Source: a virus. From it: a stretch of 48,402 bases of DNA. This document shows positions 16,137-25,640 of the stretch, piece by piece; position 1 is the stretch's first letter; each line of letters begins with the position of its first letter. The stretch covers positions 1-48,402 of the IMG/VR virus record IMGVR_UViG_3300045988_077050; one strand, written 5' to 3'. The translations under genes and the position numbers were made by a program. Under the pieces are notes generated by a model, which saw only the letters and a list, made by a program, of their open reading frames with translations, did not search any database and was not told where the DNA came from.

Positions 16137-17054
16137 ATGGGAACATATAACGTACATGCAGGACATTGTCCACAGGGCAAAGGAGCAAGCGGAGCAGTTG
16201 GATTGTTACAAGAATCAGTAGAAGATAGAAAAGTCAAGAATCGTGTTATTTCTGCGCTTAAAAATGCAGGTCATACAGTCTATGATTGTACTTGTGAAGA
16301 AAATACGACACAAAGCGGATGTCTGAAAAAGATAGTAGCGAAGTGCAATGCACATAGTGTAGACTTAGATGTATCAATCCATCTTAATGCAGGTGGTGGA
16401 AGTGGTGTTGAAGTATGGTGCTATGACAGTAAGACCGCTGCTATCGCATCTCAGATTTGTGTGAATGTATCTAATGCGCTTGGAATCCAAAACAGAGGAG
16501 TGAAATACTCTAAGAGCCTGTACGTGCTTAAGCACACAAAGGCGCCGGCTCTTTTGGTGGAGTGTTGTTTTGTGGATAGTCAGAATGATTACAGCAAATG
16601 GAATGCTGACAAGTGTGGAGATGCTATTGCTTCAGCTATCGCCGGAAAGACTGTACAAGGCAGCACAAGTTCTGGAAGTACAGCGACGTCTAAGCCATCA
16701 GCTCCGGTGAGTACAGGGAGACTAAAGGTGGACGGATACTGGGGACCGAAACTCACACGTAGGCTTCAGCAGATTTTCGGAACGCAGGTGGACGGAGTGG
16801 TATCTAATCAGTTTAGTTGTTACAGAGCGCAGAATCCTGGGCTTGATGCAGGTTGGGAGTGGGAATCTAAGCCATCTGGCTATTCTCCGCTCATCAAGGA
16901 AATTCAGCGTCATGTAGGAGTTAAACAGGACGGACATATCGGGCCGAACACAATCAGAGCAATTCAGAAGTGGCTTGGATGTGTACAAGACGGATGCTTT
17001 AGCCGGAAGTCTCCGTGCATTAAAAAATTGCAAGAATGGTGTAATAGACAGTAA
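16137..17054 (+). CDS. endolysin: N-acetylmuramoyl-L-alanine amidase (Amidase_3) with two PG_binding_1 repeats
   Basis: HAGH...GA.G...E, SIHLNAGGG, LVECCFVDS (amidase_3). C-terminal VDGYWGPKLTRRLQ and VKQDGHIGPNTIRAIQKWL repeats. Visibly higher G+C than the neighbours. Confidence 0.85.
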   Translation: MGTYNVHAGHCPQGKGASGAVGLLQESVEDRKVKNRVISALKNAGHTVYDCTCEENTTQSGCLKKIVAKCNAHSVDLDVSIHLNAGGGSGVEVWCYDSKTAAIASQICVNVSNALGIQNRGVKYSKSLYVLKHTKAPALLVECCFVDSQNDYSKWNADKCGDAIASAIAGKTVQGSTSSGSTATSKPSAPVSTGRLKVDGYWGPKLTRRLQQIFGTQVDGVVSNQFSCYRAQNPGLDAGWEWESKPSGYSPLIKEIQRHVGVKQDGHIGPNTIRAIQKWLGCVQDGCFSRKSPCIKKLQEWCNRQ

Positions 17055-17065
17055 CATTAAAAATT

Positions 17066-17089
17066 CCCGACAGCCTAAAAACTGTCGGG
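17066..17089 (+). terminator. hairpin after the endolysin gene (no clear U-tract)
   Basis: cccgacag / ctgtcggg. Confidence 0.4.
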
Positions 17090-17092
17090 AGT

Positions 17093-17230
17093 ATGTTAAA
17101 GAACCATTGGCTCACAACATCAGATGGCAGAAAGTATTACCTCAAAGATGATGGAGTGATGGCTTGTGATGAAACAATGACAATCAGTGTAAAAGAGTAT
17201 ACATTTGACGCAATCGGTGCGTTGGTGTAA
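17093..17230 (+). pseudogene. orphan cell-wall-binding repeat (CW_binding_1-like); probable remnant of a displaced endolysin 3' end
   Basis: 45-codon ORF MLKNHWLTTSDGRKYYLKDDGVMACDETMTISVKEYTFDAIGALV contains the W..dG.wYY....G.m......Y.Fd..G motif; no RBS. Confidence 0.5.
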
Positions 17231-17236
17231 GGAATG

Positions 17237-17260
17237 GGCGGCAATAAGCCGCCTTTTCTT
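17237..17260 (+). terminator. rho-independent terminator
   Basis: ggcggc / gccgcc, then TTTTCTT. Confidence 0.75.
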
Positions 17261-17261
17261 G

Positions 17262-17290
17262 TTGACAGAATAAAATTGTTATGTTAAAAT
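17262..17290 (+). promoter_or_regulatory. sigma-A type promoter
   Basis: TTGACA 17262-67, 17-nt spacer, TAAAAT 17285-90. Confidence 0.6.
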
Positions 17291-17319
17291 AAAAGAAAAG
17301 TAAAGGAGGATTGTTTTCG

Positions 17320-18861
17320 TTGAAAGATAAAAATTATAATATCGAAACAATGCGAGCATTAACAGGGTTTCCTTATTTTGTTTTAAAAAAAGAAATGGAA
17401 ACAGGATATAATCAATATACAAAAGAAATTCTTGAAATCAAACAGAATTATATTGATTATAAAAAAGGTGCAAAGTTTTATCCAGAGGGTAGTTCTGGTG
17501 ATTATGTTCCGTCAGATGTTCGTTTTAAGATTGCAAAAACATTGATTGACAAAGAAGCTAGATTTATGTTCTCACAAACACCGGACATTTTTGTTCAGTC
17601 GGTTGATGTAGAAGAAAAACAAACAGAACGAGCAAAACAATACCAGACACTTGTAGACAAAGTGTTGAAACATAAACATAACAATTTTTCGAAGTTGTTG
17701 TTGCAAAGTGCAAAGGATTGTTTTATTGGAAAACGTGTTGCGTGTTTGGTTGATTTTTCCGAGAGAGATGGAATACAAACACATTTTTACAATGCGTTAC
17801 AATTTTATTATGAGACAGAGTATGGTTCGGACAGAATAACAAAGTTTGTGTGTTTTGAAAGTGTAAATGAAACAAAATCAACGAATGAAAAGTTATTCCT
17901 TGTGAACAAGTATGAGGAAAGAAATGATAAAATATATATGAGTTCTATTCTTTACAATGGTGTTGGTGGTGTTGTAGAAACAGTAATTGCAGAACAGGAG
18001 ACAAATCTATCTTATATCCCTGCTGTCGTGATTGTAAATGATGGAACATTAGAGGAAAAGAAAGGCGTGTCCGAGATTGAAAGCTTATCTGAATATGAAA
18101 GCACATATAGCAGGTTAAGCAATGGAGACATTGACAGCGAACGAAAAGGAATGAACCCAGTACGTTATGTGGTAGATATGAATAGTCAGACAACAAAAAA
18201 CCTTAGTTCCGGTGCAGGTGCTTTTTGGGATTTAAAATCAGAACAAAACCAAGAAAATGTTTCCCCAAAAGTGGGAACATTAGCACCTAATATGAACCAT
18301 ACCGAACCAGTAAAAGTGACGCTTGATAGAATTAAGACAACTATGTATAACGAGGTGGATGTACCGAATATTTCTGAGGAAACAATGACAGGAACGATTA
18401 CAAGCGGCAAAGCATTGAAAGCCTTGTATTATCCGTTACAAGTCCGTTGTGATGAAAAGCTAAAGACTTGGAAACCTGCAATTGAAACAATCGTAAACAC
18501 GATTATAGACCTTGCAAAGTTAAACAAAGAAAAGGTGATTGCTAAGTATGTTCTTACCTCTTTAGACGAGGTGCAGTATAACATTGAAGTTATGGAAAAT
18601 TATGCTCTAATGGATGATGAAGAAACAGAGAAAAGTTCTGACTTGTCGGAGATTGCGGCTAATGCAAGAAGTCGAAAATCTTATATTAAAAAGTGGAGAA
18701 AATCAGAGTTTAAAACAGATAAACAGATTGAAGAAGAATTAATGCAGATTGCGATTGAAAATAACATGTTTGACACTATGAGTATAAATACACAGGTACA
18801 AGCAAGGTTGGACAAAGAAACAATAGAACAAGAAATTGAAGAAAACATAGAAGAATTGTAA
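17320..18861 (+). CDS. portal protein (SPP1 gp6-like size and position)
   Basis: About 513 aa, first gene of the head module, followed by a Mu F / gp7-like gene. TTG 17320 lies 10 nt after GGAGG (alternative start 17311). Confidence 0.65.
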   Translation: MKDKNYNIETMRALTGFPYFVLKKEMETGYNQYTKEILEIKQNYIDYKKGAKFYPEGSSGDYVPSDVRFKIAKTLIDKEARFMFSQTPDIFVQSVDVEEKQTERAKQYQTLVDKVLKHKHNNFSKLLLQSAKDCFIGKRVACLVDFSERDGIQTHFYNALQFYYETEYGSDRITKFVCFESVNETKSTNEKLFLVNKYEERNDKIYMSSILYNGVGGVVETVIAEQETNLSYIPAVVIVNDGTLEEKKGVSEIESLSEYESTYSRLSNGDIDSERKGMNPVRYVVDMNSQTTKNLSSGAGAFWDLKSEQNQENVSPKVGTLAPNMNHTEPVKVTLDRIKTTMYNEVDVPNISEETMTGTITSGKALKALYYPLQVRCDEKLKTWKPAIETIVNTIIDLAKLNKEKVIAKYVLTSLDEVQYNIEVMENYALMDDEETEKSSDLSEIAANARSRKSYIKKWRKSEFKTDKQIEEELMQIAIENNMFDTMSINTQVQARLDKETIEQEIEENIEEL

Positions 18862-18868
18862 AAAAGTA

Positions 18869-18897
18869 TTGACATTGTTTTGTTTTTAGTATATAAT
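18869..18897 (+). promoter_or_regulatory. sigma-A type promoter
   Basis: TTGACA 18869-74, 17-nt spacer, TATAAT 18892-97. Confidence 0.7.
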
Positions 18898-18935
18898 TAT
18901 AAATATAAACAAGGAAAGCAAACAAAGAGGTAAAA

Positions 18936-19913
18936 ATGAGCAAGCAAAAGTTTAGTCTAAAAAATACAGAACAAGTAAGACAAACAACAACAATGCAAAT
19001 GCAAAAAGACATTAAAAAAATGTATGAGCAATTGTATAAAGATGTTACAAAAAAAGTGTCAACAATGGGCAACAGTAACATACAGAAACAAAACCTATTG
19101 TTGTTACAACGTGATATTAAGAACAGAATTGAACAGTTAAACAATGACATTAAAAATAATGTGATAAGAAACATGACTATTGTATCAAATGAAGTTGTAA
19201 GTGATACAAGGACGTTTTTAAAACAATGTGGATTTAAAGACGAAGATATTCATAACGCTTTTAGTTATGTTCCAGAGCAAGTTGTAAGTAATATCATAAA
19301 TGGAAATATCTATCAAGATGGATGGACTTTGAGTGGTGCTATTTGGGGATATAACAAAAAAGTGCAAGAGACACTAAATAAGATTATCTCTATTGAAACA
19401 GCACAAGGAAAATCAGCTTATGAGATTGCAAAACAGTTAGAACAGTATGTAAACCCGTCTGCAAAGAAAACAGCAAAAACAATCCATTCGTGGAGATATG
19501 CAACAATGAATGATGTTGTTGCAGGGAGGGCAAACTATATCGGAGAAAAAATAAAAGACAGTGTATATTTTGGAAAGATTGATTATAATGCTTTGAGGTT
19601 AGCAAGGACATTAATCAGTCATGCGTACCAACAAAGTTTTGAAACAGTAAACAGAAACGACCCTTTTGTGATTGGATATCGTTGGTTAACATCTAACTTC
19701 CATGGAAGAGTGTGTGATATATGCAGAAGTAGGGAAGGTCATATATTTAAAAAAAATGAGTTGCCTTTAGATCATCCGAATGGAATGTGCACATTTGAAG
19801 CTGTGATACCAGATAGCATGACAGAAATTGCTAAGAAGATTGGACAATGGTATCAAGCGCCTATTGGAACATATCCAGATATAGACAGATATGCTCTAGA
19901 TTTTATGAATTAA
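18936..19913 (+). CDS. head morphogenesis protein (SPP1 gp7 / Phage_Mu_F family)
   Basis: C-terminal GRVCDICRSREGHIFKKNELPLDHPNGMCTFEAV matches the Mu F-like C..C...PP.HPNC.C signature. Confidence 0.7.
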   Translation: MSKQKFSLKNTEQVRQTTTMQMQKDIKKMYEQLYKDVTKKVSTMGNSNIQKQNLLLLQRDIKNRIEQLNNDIKNNVIRNMTIVSNEVVSDTRTFLKQCGFKDEDIHNAFSYVPEQVVSNIINGNIYQDGWTLSGAIWGYNKKVQETLNKIISIETAQGKSAYEIAKQLEQYVNPSAKKTAKTIHSWRYATMNDVVAGRANYIGEKIKDSVYFGKIDYNALRLARTLISHAYQQSFETVNRNDPFVIGYRWLTSNFHGRVCDICRSREGHIFKKNELPLDHPNGMCTFEAVIPDSMTEIAKKIGQWYQAPIGTYPDIDRYALDFMN

Positions 19914-19928
19914 AAGGAGAACAAAAAA

Positions 19929-20360
19929 ATGGAGAGTTTGAGAACAAGCAGAGTGTGTTCAAATTGTGGAGAGTTAAACGTTGTTAATGAAGAGAATTTG
20001 AAAGAAAAAGAAGTATATGGTAAAAATGGAGAATGGTTTAGAATCCTATTTATTGAATGTAAAAGATGTAAACACATGGAAATTGTACAGATTGATAGTA
20101 AACAAACTTATGACCTTATGTGTAGATTAAAAACACTGATATTAAAAAATGCAAAGAAGAACAGAAAAGGTGAAACGATTAGTCCAAAAGATATAAAAAG
20201 AAAAAATAAGTGGATGAAGCAGTTGAGGAATGATAGAAAAGAGTTAGAAGAAAAATATAATGGAGAAAAATTATTTGATGAAAATAAAAATATTGTAGTC
20301 GAAACCTTGACTTTTTTGAAAGTAGGTGATATAATTGAACATGACAAAAGTAATTTGTAA
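19929..20360 (+). CDS. zinc-ribbon protein, hypothetical
   Basis: CSNC...CKRC. Confidence 0.5.
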   Translation: MESLRTSRVCSNCGELNVVNEENLKEKEVYGKNGEWFRILFIECKRCKHMEIVQIDSKQTYDLMCRLKTLILKNAKKNRKGETISPKDIKRKNKWMKQLRNDRKELEEKYNGEKLFDENKNIVVETLTFLKVGDIIEHDKSNL

Positions 20361-20658
20361 TAAATGCAATGAAGAGTTTGATAATCTGTTAAAGGAAGAA
20401 ACAAAAGAAGTAGAAGGAATGGAAATCACACACACTTATTTACAGTGTCCGAATTGTGGTGAAGTCTATACAGTGTGTTATGATAGCATTGCTACTATTG
20501 TTTTAAAAAAACAAATTAGAAAATGTGTAGTTGCATTACAAACAATCAAAGACACTCGACGATATGAACAAAAATTAAAAGAAATTAAAAAGAAGAAAAA
20601 CAGGTTAGAAAGAGAAACAAATATCTTGCAAACAAAGTATTGCAAGTATTTTGTGTAA
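20341..20658 (+). CDS. zinc-ribbon protein, hypothetical (same architecture as 19929..20360)
   Basis: CNKC...CPNC, then a basic coiled coil as in the upstream gene. Confidence 0.5.
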   Translation: MTKVICNKCNEEFDNLLKEETKEVEGMEITHTYLQCPNCGEVYTVCYDSIATIVLKKQIRKCVVALQTIKDTRRYEQKLKEIKKKKNRLERETNILQTKYCKYFV

Positions 20659-20686
20659 TTACAAAAACAAGAAAGGAAGTAGAAAG

Positions 20687-21319
20687 ATGGCAGAAGAAGT
20701 AACAAAAAAAGAAGAACAGGTTAAAGAAGAAACAAAACCAACTGAGAAAAAAGAAGAACAAAAACACGAAGAAAAAGTTGATGTTGAGAAAGTGAAGAGT
20801 GAAGCGTTGTCAAATTTTATGAAAGAAATTGGAGTCGAGGACAAGGACGCTTTAAAGGGAATCATTGCAAAAGCAAAAGAAGAAGAAAACAAAAACAAGA
20901 CAGATTTACAGAAAGCGAATGACAGTCTAACAGAAGCAACAAAGCAGTTAGCAGAAGAAAGAAAAGCAAGACTTGTAGCAGAAGCAAAAGTATCCGCTAT
21001 GCAGTTAGGTGCAAAACCAGAACTTGTCGAAGATTTAGTGATTGTTGCTATGACAAAAGTAACAAAAGAAAAAGACATTAATACAGTTATTTCGGAAATG
21101 AAAGACAGTCAGACAGGAAAAGTTTATTTTGCAGAAGAAAAAGAGGAAGAGGAAAATGAAAAAGGAACGGTGACAAGAGGAAAGGTTACCAAACCAAGTG
21201 AAAAGAAAGAAACAAAGAAAGAAGAAGAGAAACAGGACGAAAAGAAACACGCAGGCTCTATGGCTGAACGTCTTTTGGCAGGGCGTAAAGTCAAGAAAAA
21301 AAGCAGTTATTTTGATTAA
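20687..21319 (+). CDS. scaffolding protein
   Basis: K/E-rich helical protein just upstream of the decoration and capsid genes. Confidence 0.55.
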   Translation: MAEEVTKKEEQVKEETKPTEKKEEQKHEEKVDVEKVKSEALSNFMKEIGVEDKDALKGIIAKAKEEENKNKTDLQKANDSLTEATKQLAEERKARLVAEAKVSAMQLGAKPELVEDLVIVAMTKVTKEKDINTVISEMKDSQTGKVYFAEEKEEEENEKGTVTRGKVTKPSEKKETKKEEEKQDEKKHAGSMAERLLAGRKVKKKSSYFD

Positions 21320-21340
21320 ACATATCAAGGAGGGAAACAG

Positions 21341-21727
21341 ATGTTAAATAACACAAATGTTGTAAAAACAAAATATAATTCTGGCAACCAGATTCTTTTT
21401 GCAGTTGAACATCAAGTATCTATTGGTGTAACGGTCGCTCAGAGCGTTGGAGTTACAGAAGGGAACAAGAAAATTGCAAAAGCAGGAACACCGATTACAG
21501 GAAGCCTTGATTCTAGGGAAACAGCTTTTACAGAGGCAACAGACACAGAGGATTCTAATGTTGTTGGAGTGCTTCTGCATGATGTGGATGTTACAGTTGC
21601 AGACAATAACGGAGCAATTCTTTTGTTTGGTTTTGTGAACACAAACAGGCTCGATAGTAAAGTAAAAGCAAAAATCACAGAGAATATTAAAAAGGCTCTG
21701 CCTATGATTAAGTTTGTGGCTTGTTAG
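21341..21727 (+). CDS. putative head decoration protein
   Basis: A 128-aa gene immediately before a gpE-family capsid gene, the lambda D-E order. Confidence 0.4.
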   Translation: MLNNTNVVKTKYNSGNQILFAVEHQVSIGVTVAQSVGVTEGNKKIAKAGTPITGSLDSRETAFTEATDTEDSNVVGVLLHDVDVTVADNNGAILLFGFVNTNRLDSKVKAKITENIKKALPMIKFVAC

Positions 21728-21761
21728 AAGATAAAAAAAACAAAACGGAGGGAGAGAAAAC

Positions 21762-22796
21762 ATGAGCATTTATGATTTAATTATTAGTGAAGAGATTGTT
21801 GCGTACTGGGAACTTCTGACACAGGACAGAGCGCCATATTTGGGGGAAGAACTTTTTCCAGACGATAAAAAGTTAGGACTTGACCTTAAATGGTTAAAGG
21901 GTTCGAATGGACTCCCTGTTGTTCTAAAGCCATCTGCATTTGACGTAGCGGCTATTCCTCGTCCGAGAATTGGATTCGAAGAGTTAAGAGCAGAAATGCC
22001 ATTCTTCAAAGAATCTAAGTACATTGACGAAGAACTTAGACAGCAGTTAAACAAAGTAATTGAAAGTAACAATGACGCATATATTGATGCTATTGTGAAC
22101 AGAATTTTCGCAGATGAAATGAACTTATTAGAGGGTGCGGCGGCTCAAAGAGAGCGTATGCGTATGATGATGTTGTCCACTGGTACAATTGCCATTGAGG
22201 GTAATGGACAGGTGTATGAGTATGATTATGGTATGCCAGAGGGACACAAAAAGACGGTATCTAAGTCTTGGAGCGACCCGACAGCAACAATTCTCGGTGA
22301 TATTAGAAATGGTATCGCACAGATTGAAGAAGATACAGGAGTTACAGTGGAAAGAGCGGTATGTTCTGGAAAGGTACTCGGATATTTTAGAAATAACAAT
22401 GAAATTCGTGCTTCTCTGACAAATGCAGAAACAGGAGAACGTTTTATTTCAGACAACAAAATTTTACAGTTCGTTTCTGATGAATTAGGTATCAAGATTG
22501 TTAAGAATGACAAGAGGTTTAAAGATGAGGATGGAACGACACAGAGATATATTCCAGAAGATGTGTTTGTTATGTTCCCATCTGGTAGACTTGGCACAAC
22601 ATGGTTCGGAACAACACCAGAAGAATCTGACCTTATGACTGGAAGTGTTGCGAATGTATCTATTACAGATACAGGAGTAGCAGTTACTACAATCAAAAAG
22701 GCAGACCCAGTAACCGTAGAAACGAAAGTAACTATGATTTGTTTACCGGACTTCCCAACAGCAGACCAAGTTTATATTCTTGACACTACAGCTTAG
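21762..22796 (+). CDS. major capsid protein (Phage_cap_E / lambda gpE-like)
   Basis: 344 aa. The N-terminal ...APYLGEELFP... and C-terminal ...LPDFPTADQVYILD pattern resembles the gpE family. Codon usage is typical of highly expressed genes. Confidence 0.7.
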   Translation: MSIYDLIISEEIVAYWELLTQDRAPYLGEELFPDDKKLGLDLKWLKGSNGLPVVLKPSAFDVAAIPRPRIGFEELRAEMPFFKESKYIDEELRQQLNKVIESNNDAYIDAIVNRIFADEMNLLEGAAAQRERMRMMMLSTGTIAIEGNGQVYEYDYGMPEGHKKTVSKSWSDPTATILGDIRNGIAQIEEDTGVTVERAVCSGKVLGYFRNNNEIRASLTNAETGERFISDNKILQFVSDELGIKIVKNDKRFKDEDGTTQRYIPEDVFVMFPSGRLGTTWFGTTPEESDLMTGSVANVSITDTGVAVTTIKKADPVTVETKVTMICLPDFPTADQVYILDTTA

Positions 22797-22808
22797 GGGG
22801 GTGAGAAT

Positions 22809-23144
22809 ATGGCAATGGTAATCGCAGTAAGAGGAAAGAATGTAATAAAGGTAAGCAGAAAAGCTTATGAAACCATGTTTAAAAAGCGTGGATATAGAAT
22901 TTTGGATGAAAAGCCAGAACAGGATAGATTGAATGTTGATTTTGAGGAAGAATCAGAAGAACAGGAAGAAGAACAGGAACAGGAAGAGCATGAGCAGGAG
23001 ATTGAAACAATCCCAATTTCTGAAATGAACAAAGAACAGCTTGCAGAGTATGCGAAAGAACATAACATTGACACTTCTGGTGCAAGAAATGTTCGAGAAG
23101 CAAGACAAATTATCCAGAAGGCAATCAGAGAAGCGAAGATGTAG
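22809..23144 (+). CDS. hypothetical acidic protein with a C-terminal HeH/Rho_N-like motif
   Basis: ISEMNKEQLAEYAKEHNIDTSGARNVREARQII. Confidence 0.5.
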   Translation: MAMVIAVRGKNVIKVSRKAYETMFKKRGYRILDEKPEQDRLNVDFEEESEEQEEEQEQEEHEQEIETIPISEMNKEQLAEYAKEHNIDTSGARNVREARQIIQKAIREAKM

Positions 23145-23164
23145 ACAATATGGGAGGTGAACAG

Positions 23165-23416
23165 ATGGAAAAGCTAGAACAGCTAAAATTTAATCTTAGA
23201 GAAAAGCAAGTTCCTTATTTTGACGAGGAAGAACTAAAGTTGTTATTGCAGAAGAACAATGATGATGTGAACAAAGCAAGTTACGAGGGATTGATTTTGA
23301 AAGCTGAGGTTACAGGGTTGAACGTTAGCGGTTTGACTACAAAGGACAGTTCTGGATATTTTAAAATGTTAGCCTCCCATTTTGTTGAAACAAATAGTGG
23401 GGTGTTAGCAGGATGA
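23165..23416 (+). CDS. putative head-tail connector (gp6-like)
   Basis: Position and size; GGGAGG lies 7 nt before ATG 23165. Confidence 0.35.
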   Translation: MEKLEQLKFNLREKQVPYFDEEELKLLLQKNNDDVNKASYEGLILKAEVTGLNVSGLTTKDSSGYFKMLASHFVETNSGVLAG

Positions 23417-23796
23417 ACGAAGCAAGATTAAAAATGGAACTCCACAAGGTTTTGAGAGAGATACAGATACATGGAACAGAGTATACATTCTTCCGAAAAA
23501 AGGTTGATAAATATGGAGAACCAACAAAAGAAGAACCAGAGCAAATTGCAAAGGTTCAAGGGTTGTTCCATGTATCAAAAGGGTATGTTACAGAAACGAC
23601 ACAAGACGGAACAAGAACACATTTAAAAGGGCAACCAATGTTGCTGTGTAAGCACGAAGAAACAAAAGATATACAAACAGGTGATTATATTAGAATCAAC
23701 CAAAATATGTATAAAGTTATTGACAAAAACAACATACAGGAGTATAATATTATTACAGACATATCAATGGAGTTGATGTTGAGTGGCAAGAATTAG
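23413..23796 (+). CDS. putative head closure / head-tail adaptor protein
   Basis: Position and size only. Confidence 0.3.
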   Translation: MNEARLKMELHKVLREIQIHGTEYTFFRKKVDKYGEPTKEEPEQIAKVQGLFHVSKGYVTETTQDGTRTHLKGQPMLLCKHEETKDIQTGDYIRINQNMYKVIDKNNIQEYNIITDISMELMLSGKN

Positions 23797-24136
23797 AATT
23801 GACGCAAAAAGCTTATTGAAAAGCTTAGAAGTTGCTGAAACAAAGTCACAGGTTGCGATTCGAATGTTCGCACAAGAGGGTGCAAAAAAGTTTGAAAACT
23901 ATGCAAAGGTAAACAGACCTTGGACAGATAGAACAGGGCATGCAAGACAGAGATTAATTGGTTGGGTGGAAACATTTGCCGATAAGGTTCGTATACACAT
24001 TGGACATGGTGTTGATTATGGCGTGTATCTGGAACTTTGTAACGAAAGAAGATTTGCAATCTTGCAACAAACAATCAATGCTATGTCTAAAGAAGTGTTA
24101 GAGGGGTATTCAGAATTGTTGAGGTATTTAAGATGA
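23783..24136 (+). CDS. HK97 gp10-like neck/tail-component protein
   Basis: ...AKKFENYAKVNRPWTDRTGHARQRL... resembles the HK97 gp10 family motif. Confidence 0.45.
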   Translation: MARIRIDAKSLLKSLEVAETKSQVAIRMFAQEGAKKFENYAKVNRPWTDRTGHARQRLIGWVETFADKVRIHIGHGVDYGVYLELCNERRFAILQQTINAMSKEVLEGYSELLRYLR

Positions 24137-24483
24137 TTTTGAAACAAATTTTTGATATTTTAGGAGCAAATGATACAGATGTATATTTTCCGACACAACA
24201 TAAAGGCGAGTGCAACAAAGAATATCTTGTGATTAAAGCAGATGGAGCAATGAAAGAAATTAACGTTTCCAGTGAGCGTCCAATTTACACAATTATGTGC
24301 TATGTTCCGGTGAATGAATACACAAGATTAGAAAGTTTTGTTTTTGAAACGAAGTTAAAAATGAAAAAGTTGTTCCCAATGTTGATGTATTTAGGGAATG
24401 AAACACCAAGCTTTTATGATGATAGTGTGAAAGCTCATATGATTAGCTTTCAGTATCAAGGTTGCAGGAAGATAGAAAAGTAA
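24133..24483 (+). CDS. putative tail terminator/completion protein
   Basis: Position immediately before the major tail gene. Confidence 0.3.
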   Translation: MILKQIFDILGANDTDVYFPTQHKGECNKEYLVIKADGAMKEINVSSERPIYTIMCYVPVNEYTRLESFVFETKLKMKKLFPMLMYLGNETPSFYDDSVKAHMISFQYQGCRKIEK

Positions 24484-24501
24484 TAAAGGAGGTAGAATTA
24501 A

Positions 24502-25203
24502 ATGTCTAGAACAAAAAAGAAAGCGGTAGGAATCCCAACAATTGATGTTGAGTTGATTGTGATTCGAACAGGCACAGAAGATAGTGGACTTGAGATTGCA
24601 ATTGACACAGCGAACAAGTTAGGAGTAGAACCGCAGACAGAAACAACGGACGCAATTAAGTTAATGAAATTAAACAAATTGTTGGCGCAGAAACCGTCCA
24701 GAACAATCATTACAGGACATAAATTAACATTATTAGATAATGTGTTTACACCGGAACTTGCAAAGATTTTACAGGGCGGTGAATTAAGTGGAGATGGTGA
24801 ATCTTTGACTTATACCCCACCTGCTTCTGATAGTGGGGAAGTTGGGGAAGTGTTCGAAGTGGACGCATATTCCGCAGAGTATGATGCAAGTGGGCAAATT
24901 GTGAAGTATGAAAAAATCACATATCCGAATTGCCAAGGTACGCCATTCGGAATCACATCCGAAGATAATGTATTCCGTATTCCAGAATATGTGATTAACT
25001 CAGCACCGAGCAAAGGACAGCCGCCATATAAGTTGTCTTATGTAAAAACATTACCGTCTTTTCCTAATTCCTCTTCAGAAAACACAGCCAGTTTAGCGGC
25101 GTTGTCAGACAGTGGAGAGGATAGCGAAGTTGCTCGGTTGAGTGACGGAGCAGAAACAGGTCTGACGGAGAGTGAGAAAACAACAGCAGTAAAAACAAAG
25201 TAG
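24502..25203 (+). CDS. major tail protein
   Basis: Position upstream of the chaperone pair and tape measure gene; size; codon style of highly expressed genes. Confidence 0.55.
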   Translation: MSRTKKKAVGIPTIDVELIVIRTGTEDSGLEIAIDTANKLGVEPQTETTDAIKLMKLNKLLAQKPSRTIITGHKLTLLDNVFTPELAKILQGGELSGDGESLTYTPPASDSGEVGEVFEVDAYSAEYDASGQIVKYEKITYPNCQGTPFGITSEDNVFRIPEYVINSAPSKGQPPYKLSYVKTLPSFPNSSSENTASLAALSDSGEDSEVARLSDGAETGLTESEKTTAVKTK

Positions 25204-25232
25204 AACAAAAAAAAGAAATGGAGAAATAAAAA

Positions 25233-25640
25233 ATGGAAGAAGTAAAACAGATAAATGTAACAAGTGTGGAAGATTTAAAAAAAATGTCTGGTGTTAGAAG
25301 TGTGTTAATGCCACCTTTTTATGTTGGAGAGGATGTTATTTTTAAACTAAAAAGACCGTCCTTATTGTCTATGGCTTCGAAAGGAAGAATCCCAAATGCT
25401 TTGTTGGGAGAAGCTAACGAGTTATTTATGACAGGAATCTCTGATGAAGATATGGACGAAAACACGTTAAAAAATATGCACGACTTGTTTGAACTAATGG
25501 CAGTCGAAAGCATGGTAGAGCCGACATATGAAGAATTGAAAGAAGCAGGAATTGAATTGACAGACGCACAGTTGCTATTTATTTACAACTATTCCCAACA
25601 TGGAATCACTTCCTTGTCTCCCTTTCGTCAAGAGCAGTAA
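25233..25640 (+). CDS. tail assembly chaperone (G-like)
   Basis: Canonical position between the major tail and tape measure genes. Confidence 0.6.
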   Translation: MEEVKQINVTSVEDLKKMSGVRSVLMPPFYVGEDVIFKLKRPSLLSMASKGRIPNALLGEANELFMTGISDEDMDENTLKNMHDLFELMAVESMVEPTYEELKEAGIELTDAQLLFIYNYSQHGITSLSPFRQEQ

